64,000 nucleotides of DNA from an uncultured delta proteobacterium (GCA_963822965.1 CAWGJT010000011.1:64001-128000), one strand, 5' to 3'; shown: positions 21,336 through 30,250, numbered from the stretch's first letter. Program-made: numbers and translations. The notes: generated by a model from the sequence alone, not told the origin.

Positions 21336-22310
21336 CTACGCCGACTTGGGACGCGTGAAGCGTGCACGATACGAAGATGGAGGCACGCCCAGCGACTGCT
21401 GGAAGCGACGTCGCATCGTCTCGGCAGAGCCGAAGCCGCAGGTGGTGGCGACTTCTTCGATGCCCAACCCCTCGCGCTCGAGCAGCTGCCGCGCTCTCTC
21501 CACGCGGACGCGCTGAACATAGTGCGCGGGCGGTTCGCCCGTCTCCTGTGTGAAGACCCGTACGAAATGGCGGGTGCTCATCCCGGCGCGCCGCGCTAGC
21601 TCGGGGACGCGATGATCCTTTCCCGGGTTCTCGGCCACGTCCGCCTGTACGTCCCGGATTCCCGGATGCTCTGCTGTGGGTTGCCGGAGGGCAGCGCTGA
21701 ACTGGGACTGCCCGCCGGGTCGGTGGAGGAACATGACGAGGATGCGTGCGACTTCGAGCGCGAGATCAGGGCCGAGGTCCTCTTCGACCAGCGCCAGCGC
21801 GAGATCGATGCCAGCCGTGATCCCGGCGGAGGTATAGACGGGTCCATCCTTCACGTAGAGTGCATCGCGATCGACCGTCGCGTCCGGAACGATCTGGGCT
21901 AGCCGCTCGAGCTCGCGCCAATGTGTCGTCACGCGCCGTCCGGCGAGTACACCCGCTTCGGCGAGGATGAAGGCGCCGCTGCAGATGGAGACAACACGAC
22001 GAACTCGCCGCCAGCGCCGTCGGATCCAGGCGGTGGTGCCCGCGTCGAACTCCGCTTCGCCGAAGTCCATTCCGCCTGGAACCACGAGCGTATCGATGAC
22101 TCCGCGAAGCTCACTCAGGCCGCCCACTCGAAGGCCCACACCGGTCGCGGTGTCGACGTCTGCAACCGGGCCGACGAAGCTGAGGCGGTACGCCGGCTTC
22201 TTCCCGCGTGCGCTCCAGAGTTGGTTCGCAGCCATGAAGACATCGGCGGGGCCGGCCAGATCGAGCAGCTGGGTCCCGGGAAGAACCAGAAAGACGACAT
22301 GTTGGGTCAT
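21336..22310 (-). CDS. GlxA-family transcriptional regulator (DJ-1/PfpI + AraC)
   Basis: SICSGAFILA, TTHW, TSAGITAGIDLAL, RPGGQSQFS, C-terminal AraC HTH. Confidence 0.92.
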   Translation of the reverse strand: MTQHVVFLVLPGTQLLDLAGPADVFMAANQLWSARGKKPAYRLSFVGPVADVDTATGVGLRVGGLSELRGVIDTLVVPGGMDFGEAEFDAGTTAWIRRRWRRVRRVVSICSGAFILAEAGVLAGRRVTTHWRELERLAQIVPDATVDRDALYVKDGPVYTSAGITAGIDLALALVEEDLGPDLALEVARILVMFLHRPGGQSQFSAALRQPTAEHPGIRDVQADVAENPGKDHRVPELARRAGMSTRHFVRVFTQETGEPPAHYVQRVRVERARQLLEREGLGIEEVATTCGFGSAETMRRRFQQSLGVPPSSYRARFTRPKSA

Positions 22311-22393
22311 GGGTGAGAGTATGGCGCAAAATGTGTGGTATTTGTCATTTACGCCATCTCGTTTCCAGACGATCCTCTCGGTTGGAGGAAGTC

Positions 22394-23308
22394 ATGGCCA
22401 TCGTGAATCGACCCAAGAGCGAGCTGCCGAGCAAGCTGAAGGGGATCCACCTGTTTCACTACGGTGGAGCGCCCTGTGCGCAGCGAGTGCGATTCGTGCT
22501 TGCCGAGAAGGGGATCCGGCGTGGCCCAGACGTGCCGTGGCGCTCGGACGCCGCCAAGCATCTCACGGCGCCGGCGGGTACCTACATCGGTCGTCCGATT
22601 TCCTTGCCTCGGCAGGTGAATTTGAGCGAGGAATACGCCGCGATCCATCCCAACCTCGTGGTTCCCGCGCTCGTGCACGACGGTGTGCTCCACATCGAGT
22701 CGGTCGACATCATGAACTACGTCGATCAAGAACTCGAAGGTCCCGCACTCATGCCCGAGGGCGAGCTCGGTGAGGAATGTCGCGAGCTCGTCAAGCGCGC
22801 GTCGGAGCTTCAGACCGCAGTTCGGCACGTGACGTATCGATGGAGCCTCGGCGGTCTGGCGAAGCTCAATCCGCGAAAGCTCGCAGAACTCCAGCGCATC
22901 GATTCACCGGATTCGCCCGAACAGCTCGCCGATTTCTATCGCCGCTTCAGTAACGGCGACATCTCCGAGGATGTGTTCGCCGGCTACGTGACGAGCTTGA
23001 CCGAGGGTTTTCGCGAGGTCGAAGCCCGGTTGGCCGATGGCCAGACGTGGCTCTGTGGTGAGACGTTCTCGATGGCGGACATCATCTGGGCTGTGAAGGT
23101 CCAACGGATCGACGAGGCCGGCTATCCGTTCGCGACCTCCTTTCCGCAGCTCGAGTCCTGGTTCGATCGAGTTCGCGCTCGCCCGGGTTTCAAGGAAGCG
23201 ATCGGCCGCGACCTGGGCGCGGCAACTCGATTCATGCGGGTGCGTGGTGCCGTCCAAAACCTTCTCGGCCGTGGACTTCAAAGTGTTTCAACGAGGGGAG
23301 GGAGTTGA
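22394..23308 (+). CDS. Glutathione S-transferase family protein
   Basis: CAQRVRFVLAEKG, VVPALVHDG, ES, WLCGETFSMADI. Confidence 0.85.
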   Translation: MAIVNRPKSELPSKLKGIHLFHYGGAPCAQRVRFVLAEKGIRRGPDVPWRSDAAKHLTAPAGTYIGRPISLPRQVNLSEEYAAIHPNLVVPALVHDGVLHIESVDIMNYVDQELEGPALMPEGELGEECRELVKRASELQTAVRHVTYRWSLGGLAKLNPRKLAELQRIDSPDSPEQLADFYRRFSNGDISEDVFAGYVTSLTEGFREVEARLADGQTWLCGETFSMADIIWAVKVQRIDEAGYPFATSFPQLESWFDRVRARPGFKEAIGRDLGAATRFMRVRGAVQNLLGRGLQSVSTRGGS

Positions 23309-24057
23309 GCGTGCTTGCCAGCGATCGCGGCCGAGATGCCACCCCGAAGCTGATCTGGCGTTTCGCCCTCTACGGCGTGGAGGAGAGGCTGCGTGCACTG
23401 CGACATCGGCTCGGGCTCCTGCGGCTCCGGGATCTCGACGCGCACACGGATCGGGTACCGGATTCGCCGCTCGCGAAGGCGGCCTTCGAGCTGGCAGCGG
23501 GCCTGTCCTCGCCGCTGCTGCTGAACCACGCAGTCCGTACCTACCACTTCGGCGCAATCTTGGCTTCGCGAAGCGGCCTGCAACTCGATCGAGAATTGCT
23601 CTACGTCGCGTCGGTGTTGCACGATCTCGGGCTTACTCCCACATACGAGGCGGAACCCGGCTCTTTCGAATGGGTCGGCGCGAGGCGAGCGCGTGCCTTC
23701 GGCATCGAGCAGGGAATGGAGGCCCAGCGCGCCGACCTTCTTCACGACGCGATCGCGCTGCACAGCTCCGTCGGAATCGCGGGTTCGCGCGAGCCGGAGA
23801 TCGCCATGGTGCACTACGGCGCGGGCTTGGATCTCTTCGGCTCGCGTCTGGCTGAGATCCCGCTCCTCGAACTCGAACGTCTGCTCGAGGAATGGCCGCG
23901 TTGCGGCTTCAAGATGGACTTCCCGACCTGTCTCGAGAGGCAAGTGGAACTCAAACCACAGTCTCACATCGCCGGTGCGATGGGACTCGGGCTCGCAGGC
24001 CGCGTCCGCGCCGCTCCTTTTGCCCCGCTGCGGGGCCTGAACCCCTCAGGCCCCTGA
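23305..24057 (+). CDS. HD-domain protein; last ~10 codons (PLRGLNPSGP*) come from the 96-bp element
   Basis: NHAVRTY, LHDLG, FE..GA, DAIALH; reads into repeat copy 1 after AAPFA. Confidence 0.85.
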   Translation: MSVLASDRGRDATPKLIWRFALYGVEERLRALRHRLGLLRLRDLDAHTDRVPDSPLAKAAFELAAGLSSPLLLNHAVRTYHFGAILASRSGLQLDRELLYVASVLHDLGLTPTYEAEPGSFEWVGARRARAFGIEQGMEAQRADLLHDAIALHSSVGIAGSREPEIAMVHYGAGLDLFGSRLAEIPLLELERLLEEWPRCGFKMDFPTCLERQVELKPQSHIAGAMGLGLAGRVRAAPFAPLRGLNPSGP

Positions 24058-24119
24058 TTGACATAGCGTGAAGTTATCGGACCTCGAGCGCAAAACCGCG
24101 CTTGAAACGCCTATCCGCC
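24024..24119 (+). repeat. 96-bp element, copy 1 (palindrome/hairpin - dif-like core - oriIS-like end)
   Basis: CCCGCTGCGGGGCCTGAACCCCTCAGGCCCCTGATTGACATAGCGTGAAGTTATCGGACCTCGAGCGCAAAACCGCGCTTGAAACGCCTATCCGCC; identical to 30251-30346 and 34765-34860. Confidence 0.97.
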
Positions 24120-24283
24120 ACAAGCGAGGGTCAGCGCGGAGCGTCGCGCGCAGCTACACACGTCCTTGCCCAGGGATGCCGTAGTCACGGGAAAGCCTCC
24201 CGGAGTACTCACTTCGCACCTTCTCGGATGCCACTACATGTTCGCGCCGAATCTGAGGGGCTCCACTCCTACAGCTCTACAAT

Positions 24284-24336
24284 TAACGTCCATACTCCGA
24301 CGTCGAGCCAGAACGCAGCTTGAACGCCCTATCCCC
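24284..24336 (+). repeat. Diverged element relative A (right part only)
   Basis: 49/53 identical to 28125-28177; shares TCGAGC..GCTTGAA-N3-CCTATCC with the 96-bp element. Confidence 0.85.
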
Positions 24337-24409
24337 CACCGCTCGCGCAGGACAGGGTCACGCCCAGGAGCAACACCGGGAAGGCCAGCGAACGGGACGG
24401 TGATCTCAT
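24329..24409 (-). pseudogene. Lipoprotein N-terminal fragment cut at variant A
   Basis: MRSPSRSLAFPVLLLGVTLSCASGGG*: signal peptide with lipobox-like LSC; the stop lies inside the repeat. Confidence 0.5.
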
Positions 24410-24552
24410 GGCGCACTCTTCCAACCGGGGGTTTGCAAGCGGCGCCTTGGTGGGTGATCAACGACAATTACTTCTGCCGCCCAACGACAACTAGAACTGC
24501 CGGTTCGTCGCTGTAGCTGACGCCTGCGACCCTCGGGGGAGGGGGTCGAGGG

Positions 24553-26037
24553 ATGGTGACGGACGAGCAGGTTCGGTTGTTGAGGCAGAAGCGGATGGAC
24601 GGGAAGAGGCAGGAAGCGGCGGCCGCAGGGGCCGGGATGAGCGTCCGGACGGCTCGGAAGTGGGAGCATGGTCCGTTGCCCTCGGAGACGAAGTCGGGCC
24701 GCTCGTGGCGGACGCGGCACGACCCGTTCGAGGGGGTGTGGGACGCGGAGATCGTCCCGCTGCTGGTGCGGGACGAGTGGCGGGTGCTGCAGGCGACGAC
24801 CCTGCTGGAGCTGCTGGAAAGCCGCCATCCGGGGCGCTTCGGGGTGGGGCAGCTTCGGACCCTGCAGCGCCGGATCCGAGACTGGCGTGCCATGCACGGC
24901 CCGGACCGTGAGGTGTACTTCGAGCAAGCGCACCCGCCTGGCCGGGAGGGGCAGCTCGACTTCACGGACTGTCGATCGCTGGCCGTGACGATCGCCGGCG
25001 AGCCGCTCGACCATCTGCTCTTCGAGTTCATCCTGAGCTTCAGTGGCTGGCGCTGGGCGTGCCTGGCCTTCGGCGAGACGTTCGAGGCGCTCGTGGACGG
25101 ACTGCAGGGCGCGCTCTTCGCCCTGGGCGGTGTGGTCGAGGTGGCTCGCTCCGACAACCTCTCGGCCGCCACCCACGAGCTGAAGCGCAGCGGCGGCCGG
25201 GCGTTGAACGCCCGCTTCGCTGCCGTGCTCGCCCACTACGGACTCCGTTCGACGCGGATCCATCCGGGGCGATCGCATGAGAACGGCGTGGTCGAGCAGG
25301 GGCACCGGCGGCTGAAGTCGGCCCTCGCGCAAGCGTTGGTGATCCGGGGTAGCCGGGACTTCGCGAGCGTCGCGCTCTACGAGGCCTTCGTGGGCGAGGT
25401 GGTCGAACGGCTCAACCGGCCGACGCTGTTGCGGCTCGAGGAGGAGCGACCGCACCTGCGACCGCTTCCGGCATCCCCGGTGCCGTCCTACACGACCTAC
25501 CGCGTGAAGGTCCGGCGATGGAGCACGATCCGGATCGGGAACAAGACCTACTCGGTGCCCTCGCGTCTTCGCGACCACGAGGTCGAGGCGCGGCAGCACG
25601 CGAACCACGTCGAGGTCTTCTACCAGGGCAAGCTCGTGGAGCGGATGCCCCGCCTTCGCGGTGGCTGCGAGCACCGGATCGACTACCGCCACGTGATCTG
25701 GTCGCTGGTGCGCAAGCCGGGCGCGTTCGCCCGCTACCGCTACCGAGAGGAGCTCTTCCCGAGCCCGACCTTCCGGGAGGCCTACGACGCCTTCTCCCGC
25801 TACCAGGGCGAGCGCGCGGACGTCGACTACGTCCGAACGCTGCACCTGGCGGCGAGCACGATGGAGGCCACTGTCGAGCGTGCGCTGCGCGAGCTACTCG
25901 ATCGCAGGGAGCGCTTCGACTACGGGAGCGTGCGCGAGCTCGCCGCCCCGGCCGAGCCGGCCGTCCCGGTGCTGACGACACCGCGGGTGCCCGATCTCCG
26001 CATCTACGACGCGCTGCTCGTCGAGGTGCGCCCGTGA
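24553..26037 (+). CDS. istA: IS21 transposase
   Basis: WRTRHDPF, GQLRTLQRR, QLDFT, SDNLSAA, HENGVVE, YSVPSRL. Confidence 0.93.
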   Translation: MVTDEQVRLLRQKRMDGKRQEAAAAGAGMSVRTARKWEHGPLPSETKSGRSWRTRHDPFEGVWDAEIVPLLVRDEWRVLQATTLLELLESRHPGRFGVGQLRTLQRRIRDWRAMHGPDREVYFEQAHPPGREGQLDFTDCRSLAVTIAGEPLDHLLFEFILSFSGWRWACLAFGETFEALVDGLQGALFALGGVVEVARSDNLSAATHELKRSGGRALNARFAAVLAHYGLRSTRIHPGRSHENGVVEQGHRRLKSALAQALVIRGSRDFASVALYEAFVGEVVERLNRPTLLRLEEERPHLRPLPASPVPSYTTYRVKVRRWSTIRIGNKTYSVPSRLRDHEVEARQHANHVEVFYQGKLVERMPRLRGGCEHRIDYRHVIWSLVRKPGAFARYRYREELFPSPTFREAYDAFSRYQGERADVDYVRTLHLAASTMEATVERALRELLDRRERFDYGSVRELAAPAEPAVPVLTTPRVPDLRIYDALLVEVRP

Positions 26038-26839
26038 CGGCAAAGAACGATCGCATCGAAGCGCTCTGCTCGGCGTTCCGGCTCCCCACCTTGGCGGCCG
26101 AGGTGGTCCCGCGCTTCCAGGCGGCCGAGCACGGGGCGGCGCTCTCGACCTTGCTCGAAGTGCTCGAGCTCGAGGCCGGGGATCGCCGGCAGCGGCGAGA
26201 GGACCGGCTGCGACGGGCCGCCAAGCTTCTGGCCGGCAAGACCTGGGACACGCTCGACGCCACCCGGCTCCCGGTCAAGCTGCAGCAGCAGCTCGAAGAG
26301 CTGGCCACGGGGGCCTTCCTCGAGCGCGCGATCAACGTCCTCGCGTTCGGTCTTCCGGGAACCGGCAAGACGCATGCGATGCCGCCCTCGGCCATCGGCT
26401 GATCGAGCAGGGGCACTCGGTGCTCTTCGTGCCAACCTACAAGCTCGTCCAGGACCTCCTGGCCGCGAAGCGCGATCTCGATCTTCCGCGAGCCCTGCGC
26501 AAGCTCGATCACTTCGAGGTGCTGATCCTCGATGATCTGGGCTACCTGAAGCACCGCGCGGACGAGGCCGAGGTGCTCTTCACCCTGATCGCCGAGCGCT
26601 ACGAACGCCGCTCCCTGATCGTCACCAGCAACATGGTGTTCAGCCAGTGGGAGGAGATCTTCCAGAGCCCCATGGCGACGGCCGCCGCGATCGACCGTAT
26701 CGTGCATCACTCCGTGATCGCCGAGTTCGACGTCGGCAGCTATCGAACCGAAGAGGCCCAGGGCCAAGCCAAGCAGGCCGCCGCGCCCGCCGCCCAAGGG
26801 CGCCGGGCGCGAACGGGAAACGCCAAGAACCGGAAGTGA
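26034..26839 (+). CDS. istB: IS21 helper ATPase; 1-nt frameshift at ~26381
   Basis: GLPGTGKTH, then in a shifted frame LILDDLGY, ERYERRS, TSN, AAAIDRIVHHS. Confidence 0.88.
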
Positions 26840-27281
26840 CGAGCGCCTCTGGAACCTCCCTTGAACTACGTGGAGAGACCACCACAGCGGAAGAAGTAGT
26901 TGTCGTCGACCGGAAAGAATGGTTGACGCCGATCAGGTGGGGCCCGGCATCATACGAACTGCCGCCGGTCGAGCGCGCGAAGCTCGATCAGTCCCGCTGC
27001 GGGTTGCTCCTGCCGGGCTCGCGAGCCTGCCTGCCTCGCGGCAGTGCGACCGGAACTGCTCCAGGGCATGCCGGGGGTACCACAGTCGCGACACGCTCAC
27101 GAGACTGCCGTTCAGCGGCCCGGCTTGCCAGCGCCGGTCCGCAGCACCAACGGCTGGTCAGGCGATGTGCCGCCCTCAGCCGCGGTTGGGAGGCTTCACG
27201 AGTCGTTCCACTTCTGCCCGCATGCCATCCATGCCATGCAGGAGCACGCCGGGCACGGGTGAAGCTGTCGTCGAAGAGCTG

Positions 27282-27980
27282 TCAACTGGCTCGCTGACGC
27301 AAGAGCGAGATGCCGGTCAGCAGCGCCCACAGGGGCAACAAGATCAGGAACACCAGCTGGAACTGCTGGGCCACAGCCCAGATGCCCAGCACACCGAGCA
27401 CGAAGATCGATGCATAGCAGACCCCGACAGCCATCAGCAGGAGCCCGTATGGCCTGCCCGCACGCCGCATGGCACTGCCCATCACCAGTCCCCAGAACCC
27501 CATGACTGGACCCTCCATGATCCACAGTCCCTGCTGGGCACCCGACGCAAGGGCCAGCCAGGTGGCCTCGGTGCCGGCCTTGACCGCCGCGTCTCCGGCG
27601 GCATGCATCGCCGCCAGGGGTGACACCGACGCAAACAACAGGGCGTCACCGGCAATACCCATCACCGCGTAGGTGACGATGCAGAGCGCCGCCATGTCCA
27701 TCAGCGCGCCGTGCTCTTCGCGCATGACCGACCACAGGTAGCCGCCAATCACCAGGAACGGCAGGTAGAAGCCAAGTGTGTCCAGCACCAGCGACGCATG
27801 AAAGTAGTCGTGTGCACGCGCGGGCAGGCTGAGAAACACTGCGGGCTCATAGACCGCGGCGAGGTCGCCATTCACGGCGGCCATGTACACGCCGATCTCC
27901 GACCAGGCCAGCAGTGCGCCGATGATCGCCACCCAGCCGGCCAGGCGCCTTGGGGTGTCCGAACTCTGCATACCTGTCAT
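27282..27980 (-). CDS. Multi-TM membrane protein (DUF4386-like)
   Basis: 232-aa ORF with ~6 hydrophobic helices; codon style differs from the backbone. Confidence 0.65.
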   Translation of the reverse strand: MTGMQSSDTPRRLAGWVAIIGALLAWSEIGVYMAAVNGDLAAVYEPAVFLSLPARAHDYFHASLVLDTLGFYLPFLVIGGYLWSVMREEHGALMDMAALCIVTYAVMGIAGDALLFASVSPLAAMHAAGDAAVKAGTEATWLALASGAQQGLWIMEGPVMGFWGLVMGSAMRRAGRPYGLLLMAVGVCYASIFVLGVLGIWAVAQQFQLVFLILLPLWALLTGISLLRQRAS

Positions 27981-28094
27981 GGGTCTACTCCGTGGTTGCG
28001 GGTCCTACCCAGCATAGGTCCGGGAGGGCGCGATAGCGCACATCAAGTCGTCTGGAGCTTCCTCAGTCCTTGCCACATGAACGAGGCTGCCGTT

Positions 28095-28177
28095 CCCGCC
28101 GCGGCTCCCCGTAGGGGTTTGACATAACGGCCATACTCAGATGTCGAGCCAGAACGCAGCTTGAATGCCCTATCCCC
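28095..28177 (+). repeat. Diverged element relative B (full layout)
   Basis: CCCGCCGCGG, CCCC-GTA-GGGG hairpin, GTTTGACATAA-CGGCCA-TACTCAGATGT, CGAGCCAGAACGCAGCTTGAATGCCCTATCCCC. Confidence 0.85.
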
Positions 28178-28233
28178 ACATCGCAACTCTTCCAATCCCG
28201 ATCGATCGGCAGTGCCTGGTCGCACTGAATACC

Positions 28234-29409
28234 CTACCCCCACTTCTCCTCGTGCAGCCTTCCCCACGAAACCAGCTTCGCAGCTGATCTGCGCTGACTC
28301 TCTTCACCGCCGTAGGCGATGACGACCTCGCACGGGCGTGACGGATCGTCGAGGTGGCCGCGCACGCGATTCGCACCTGCGAAGAGACTTGGCGAGGCGG
28401 TCTGCGCGGACTTGGCTTCCACCAACGTCAGCCGATCAGGATGCTCGATGACGAGGTCGGCCTCGGCTCCATCACGGTCGCGGTAGTACGAAAGACCTCC
28501 CGTCTCACCGCGGTTCACGCGATGCTTGGTGATCTCGGATACGACCCAACTCTCGAAGATCGCTCCACGAAGCGGATGAGAGCGAAGCTGCTCGGGTGTG
28601 CGGATGCCGAGCAGCCAACAGACGAGACCGCTGTCGTAAAAGTGGAGCTTCGGCATCTTGACCAGACGCTTGCGAAGATTCGAGCGAAACGTCGGCAGCC
28701 GAAATGCGATGAAGCTCGTCTCCAAAATACTGAGCCAGGCCTTCGCGCTCGGCTGCGAGATCCCGCAGTCGGCCGCCAACGAGGAGTAGTTGAGGAGCTG
28801 CGCAGTCCGGCCCGCACAAAGCTCGACGAAGCGCTGAAAGGTCACGAGGTCTCCGACATTGCTGATCGTGCGCACGTCGCGTTCGACGTAGGTGGCCACG
28901 TAGGAGCCCAGCCAGTCGCTCGGGTCGAGCTTCTGATCGAAGATGCGCGGATAGCCGCCGGCGATCAGCGTCTCCTCAAGGCGCCCCGGATGCCGCTTGA
29001 AGCGGATGACCTCGCTACGCGCGAGGGGAAGCAGGTGGAGCACCGCCGACCGGCCTGCGAGCGACTGACTCACCGATTCGAGCAGTGCGAGATTCTGCGA
29101 CCCGGTGAGAATCCAGCGGCCGGGCCTCGGGTCGGCGTCGATGATGCCTTGGAGGTAGGAGGGCAAGTCGGGCGCTCGTTGTACTTCGTCGATCACCGCG
29201 CCCTTCGGAAACTGGCTCAAGAAAGCGCGGGGGTCCTCGACAGCAAATCCTCGAACGTCCGGCGCTTCCAGGTTCACGTACGGGAGCGTCGGAAAGACGG
29301 TCTGACACAACGTCGACTTGCCACTCTGGCGCGGCCCCGTGAGGGTCACTGCCGGGAACTGACGGGCGGCCTTTCGCAGCCGAGGGGTGAGGTCGCGATC
29401 GATGGTCAT
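28234..29409 (-). CDS. AAA_14/DUF4143 ATP-binding protein
   Basis: GPRQSGKST, IDEVQR, LTGS, ESLAGR-like, GGYP, PKLHFYDSGL, EADLVIE..VEAK. Confidence 0.9.
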   Translation of the reverse strand: MTIDRDLTPRLRKAARQFPAVTLTGPRQSGKSTLCQTVFPTLPYVNLEAPDVRGFAVEDPRAFLSQFPKGAVIDEVQRAPDLPSYLQGIIDADPRPGRWILTGSQNLALLESVSQSLAGRSAVLHLLPLARSEVIRFKRHPGRLEETLIAGGYPRIFDQKLDPSDWLGSYVATYVERDVRTISNVGDLVTFQRFVELCAGRTAQLLNYSSLAADCGISQPSAKAWLSILETSFIAFRLPTFRSNLRKRLVKMPKLHFYDSGLVCWLLGIRTPEQLRSHPLRGAIFESWVVSEITKHRVNRGETGGLSYYRDRDGAEADLVIEHPDRLTLVEAKSAQTASPSLFAGANRVRGHLDDPSRPCEVVIAYGGEESQRRSAAKLVSWGRLHEEKWG

Positions 29410-29563
29410 TGCGAGAAGTCTATCGGCCTGTTTCGGCTAATTCAAATGGTGATTTTGTGATAGCCGTACCGTTCACTGTGACCAAATCGTGCCCGCATTC
29501 CTACGTATTCCCCCTCATTCCCTTTCGGAATCGCGTAACTATTTGGATCTCCTAGAGGTCCGT

Positions 29564-29613
29564 TCAGGCTTCGAACCTGAGGGTCGGGGGTTCGAATCCC
29601 TCCCGGCGTGCCA
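29564..29613 (+). pseudogene. 3' half of tRNA-Arg(TCG), probable att-site remnant
   Basis: Anticodon arm TCAGG-CTTCGAA-CCTGA, T-arm GGGGG-TTCGAAT-CCCTC, CCGGCGT-G-CCA; no matching 5' acceptor strand upstream. Confidence 0.8.
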
Positions 29614-29630
29614 GTTTTTCTTCGGTCCAT

Positions 29631-30250
29631 TGGTCCATTCCGGACACATGGTTTACAGATTATTCCGGAGACATCGTTAACACATTCTCCGGTCCGAACG
29701 GGTTCGGAGCGGGCTCGACCCGTCCCTCGTCCCGATCGAAGAAGCCGAGGTCGTAGTCGAGGAAGCTGACGAGCCAGACCTCGTCGTCGATCTCCCGGAT
29801 CCCCACGATCTCGCCTGCGAACACCCGGCTGAGGTTGATCTTCCTCTTGCCAATGCAGATGCGTTCGGAGTGCGTGACACGGACCGACCGATCGTGGAAC
29901 GGGTACTCCGGCTCTCGCGGCTGTGCGTAGGCACGAGCCGAAGGTGTATAGACGTCCCCAGGGTAGGCACCGCCCAGGGCCTGGTGCGGTCGCTCGTCGT
30001 TGTATACCGCGATGAACCGATCGAAGCGTTCCTGCTGTTGCAGGAAGTTGAACGACGCGGGCTTCGTGGATTCCCTTTTGGGTGTTAGGTGCATGCGTTC
30101 GTGGCGTCCGTTCTGTTGCGGACAGCCCGGCTTGATGCGTTGGATCTGGATCCCGAGCTTGAGCCACCAGACCGCAAGCTTCGAGAGCCCGAACAACGCG
30201 TTGCCCGAAGCGAAGGGGACGCCGTTGTCGGTGCGGATGGCGCCCGGGAG
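29631..30250 (-). mobile_element. IS481-family remnant (3' transposase part and right end), cut by repeat copy 2
   Basis: LPGAIRTDNGVPF, PQQNGRHERMH, YNDERPHQAL; terminal TGTTAACGATGTCTCCGGA / TGTAAACCATGTGTCCGGA repeats. Confidence 0.85.

Larger units (their letters stand above)
24455..26935 (+). mobile_element. IS21-family element with 6-bp target duplication GGTGGG
   Basis: TGATC...GATCA ends with reiterated subterminal CGACAACTA-like motifs; istA-istB inside; GGTGGG at 24449-24454 and 26936-26941. Confidence 0.92.

Noticed and set aside
24058..24090. TTGACA in the element as a sigma70 promoter
   Set aside because: No -10-like hexamer at 16-18 bp; better explained as a XerD-like arm.
26993..27003. 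CCCGCTGCGGG matching the element's left end
   Set aside because: Only 11 bp in GC-rich DNA, with no dif-like core or oriIS-like end following; plausibly chance.
29520..29613. Complete tRNA-Arg gene
   Set aside because: No 5' acceptor strand or D-arm.
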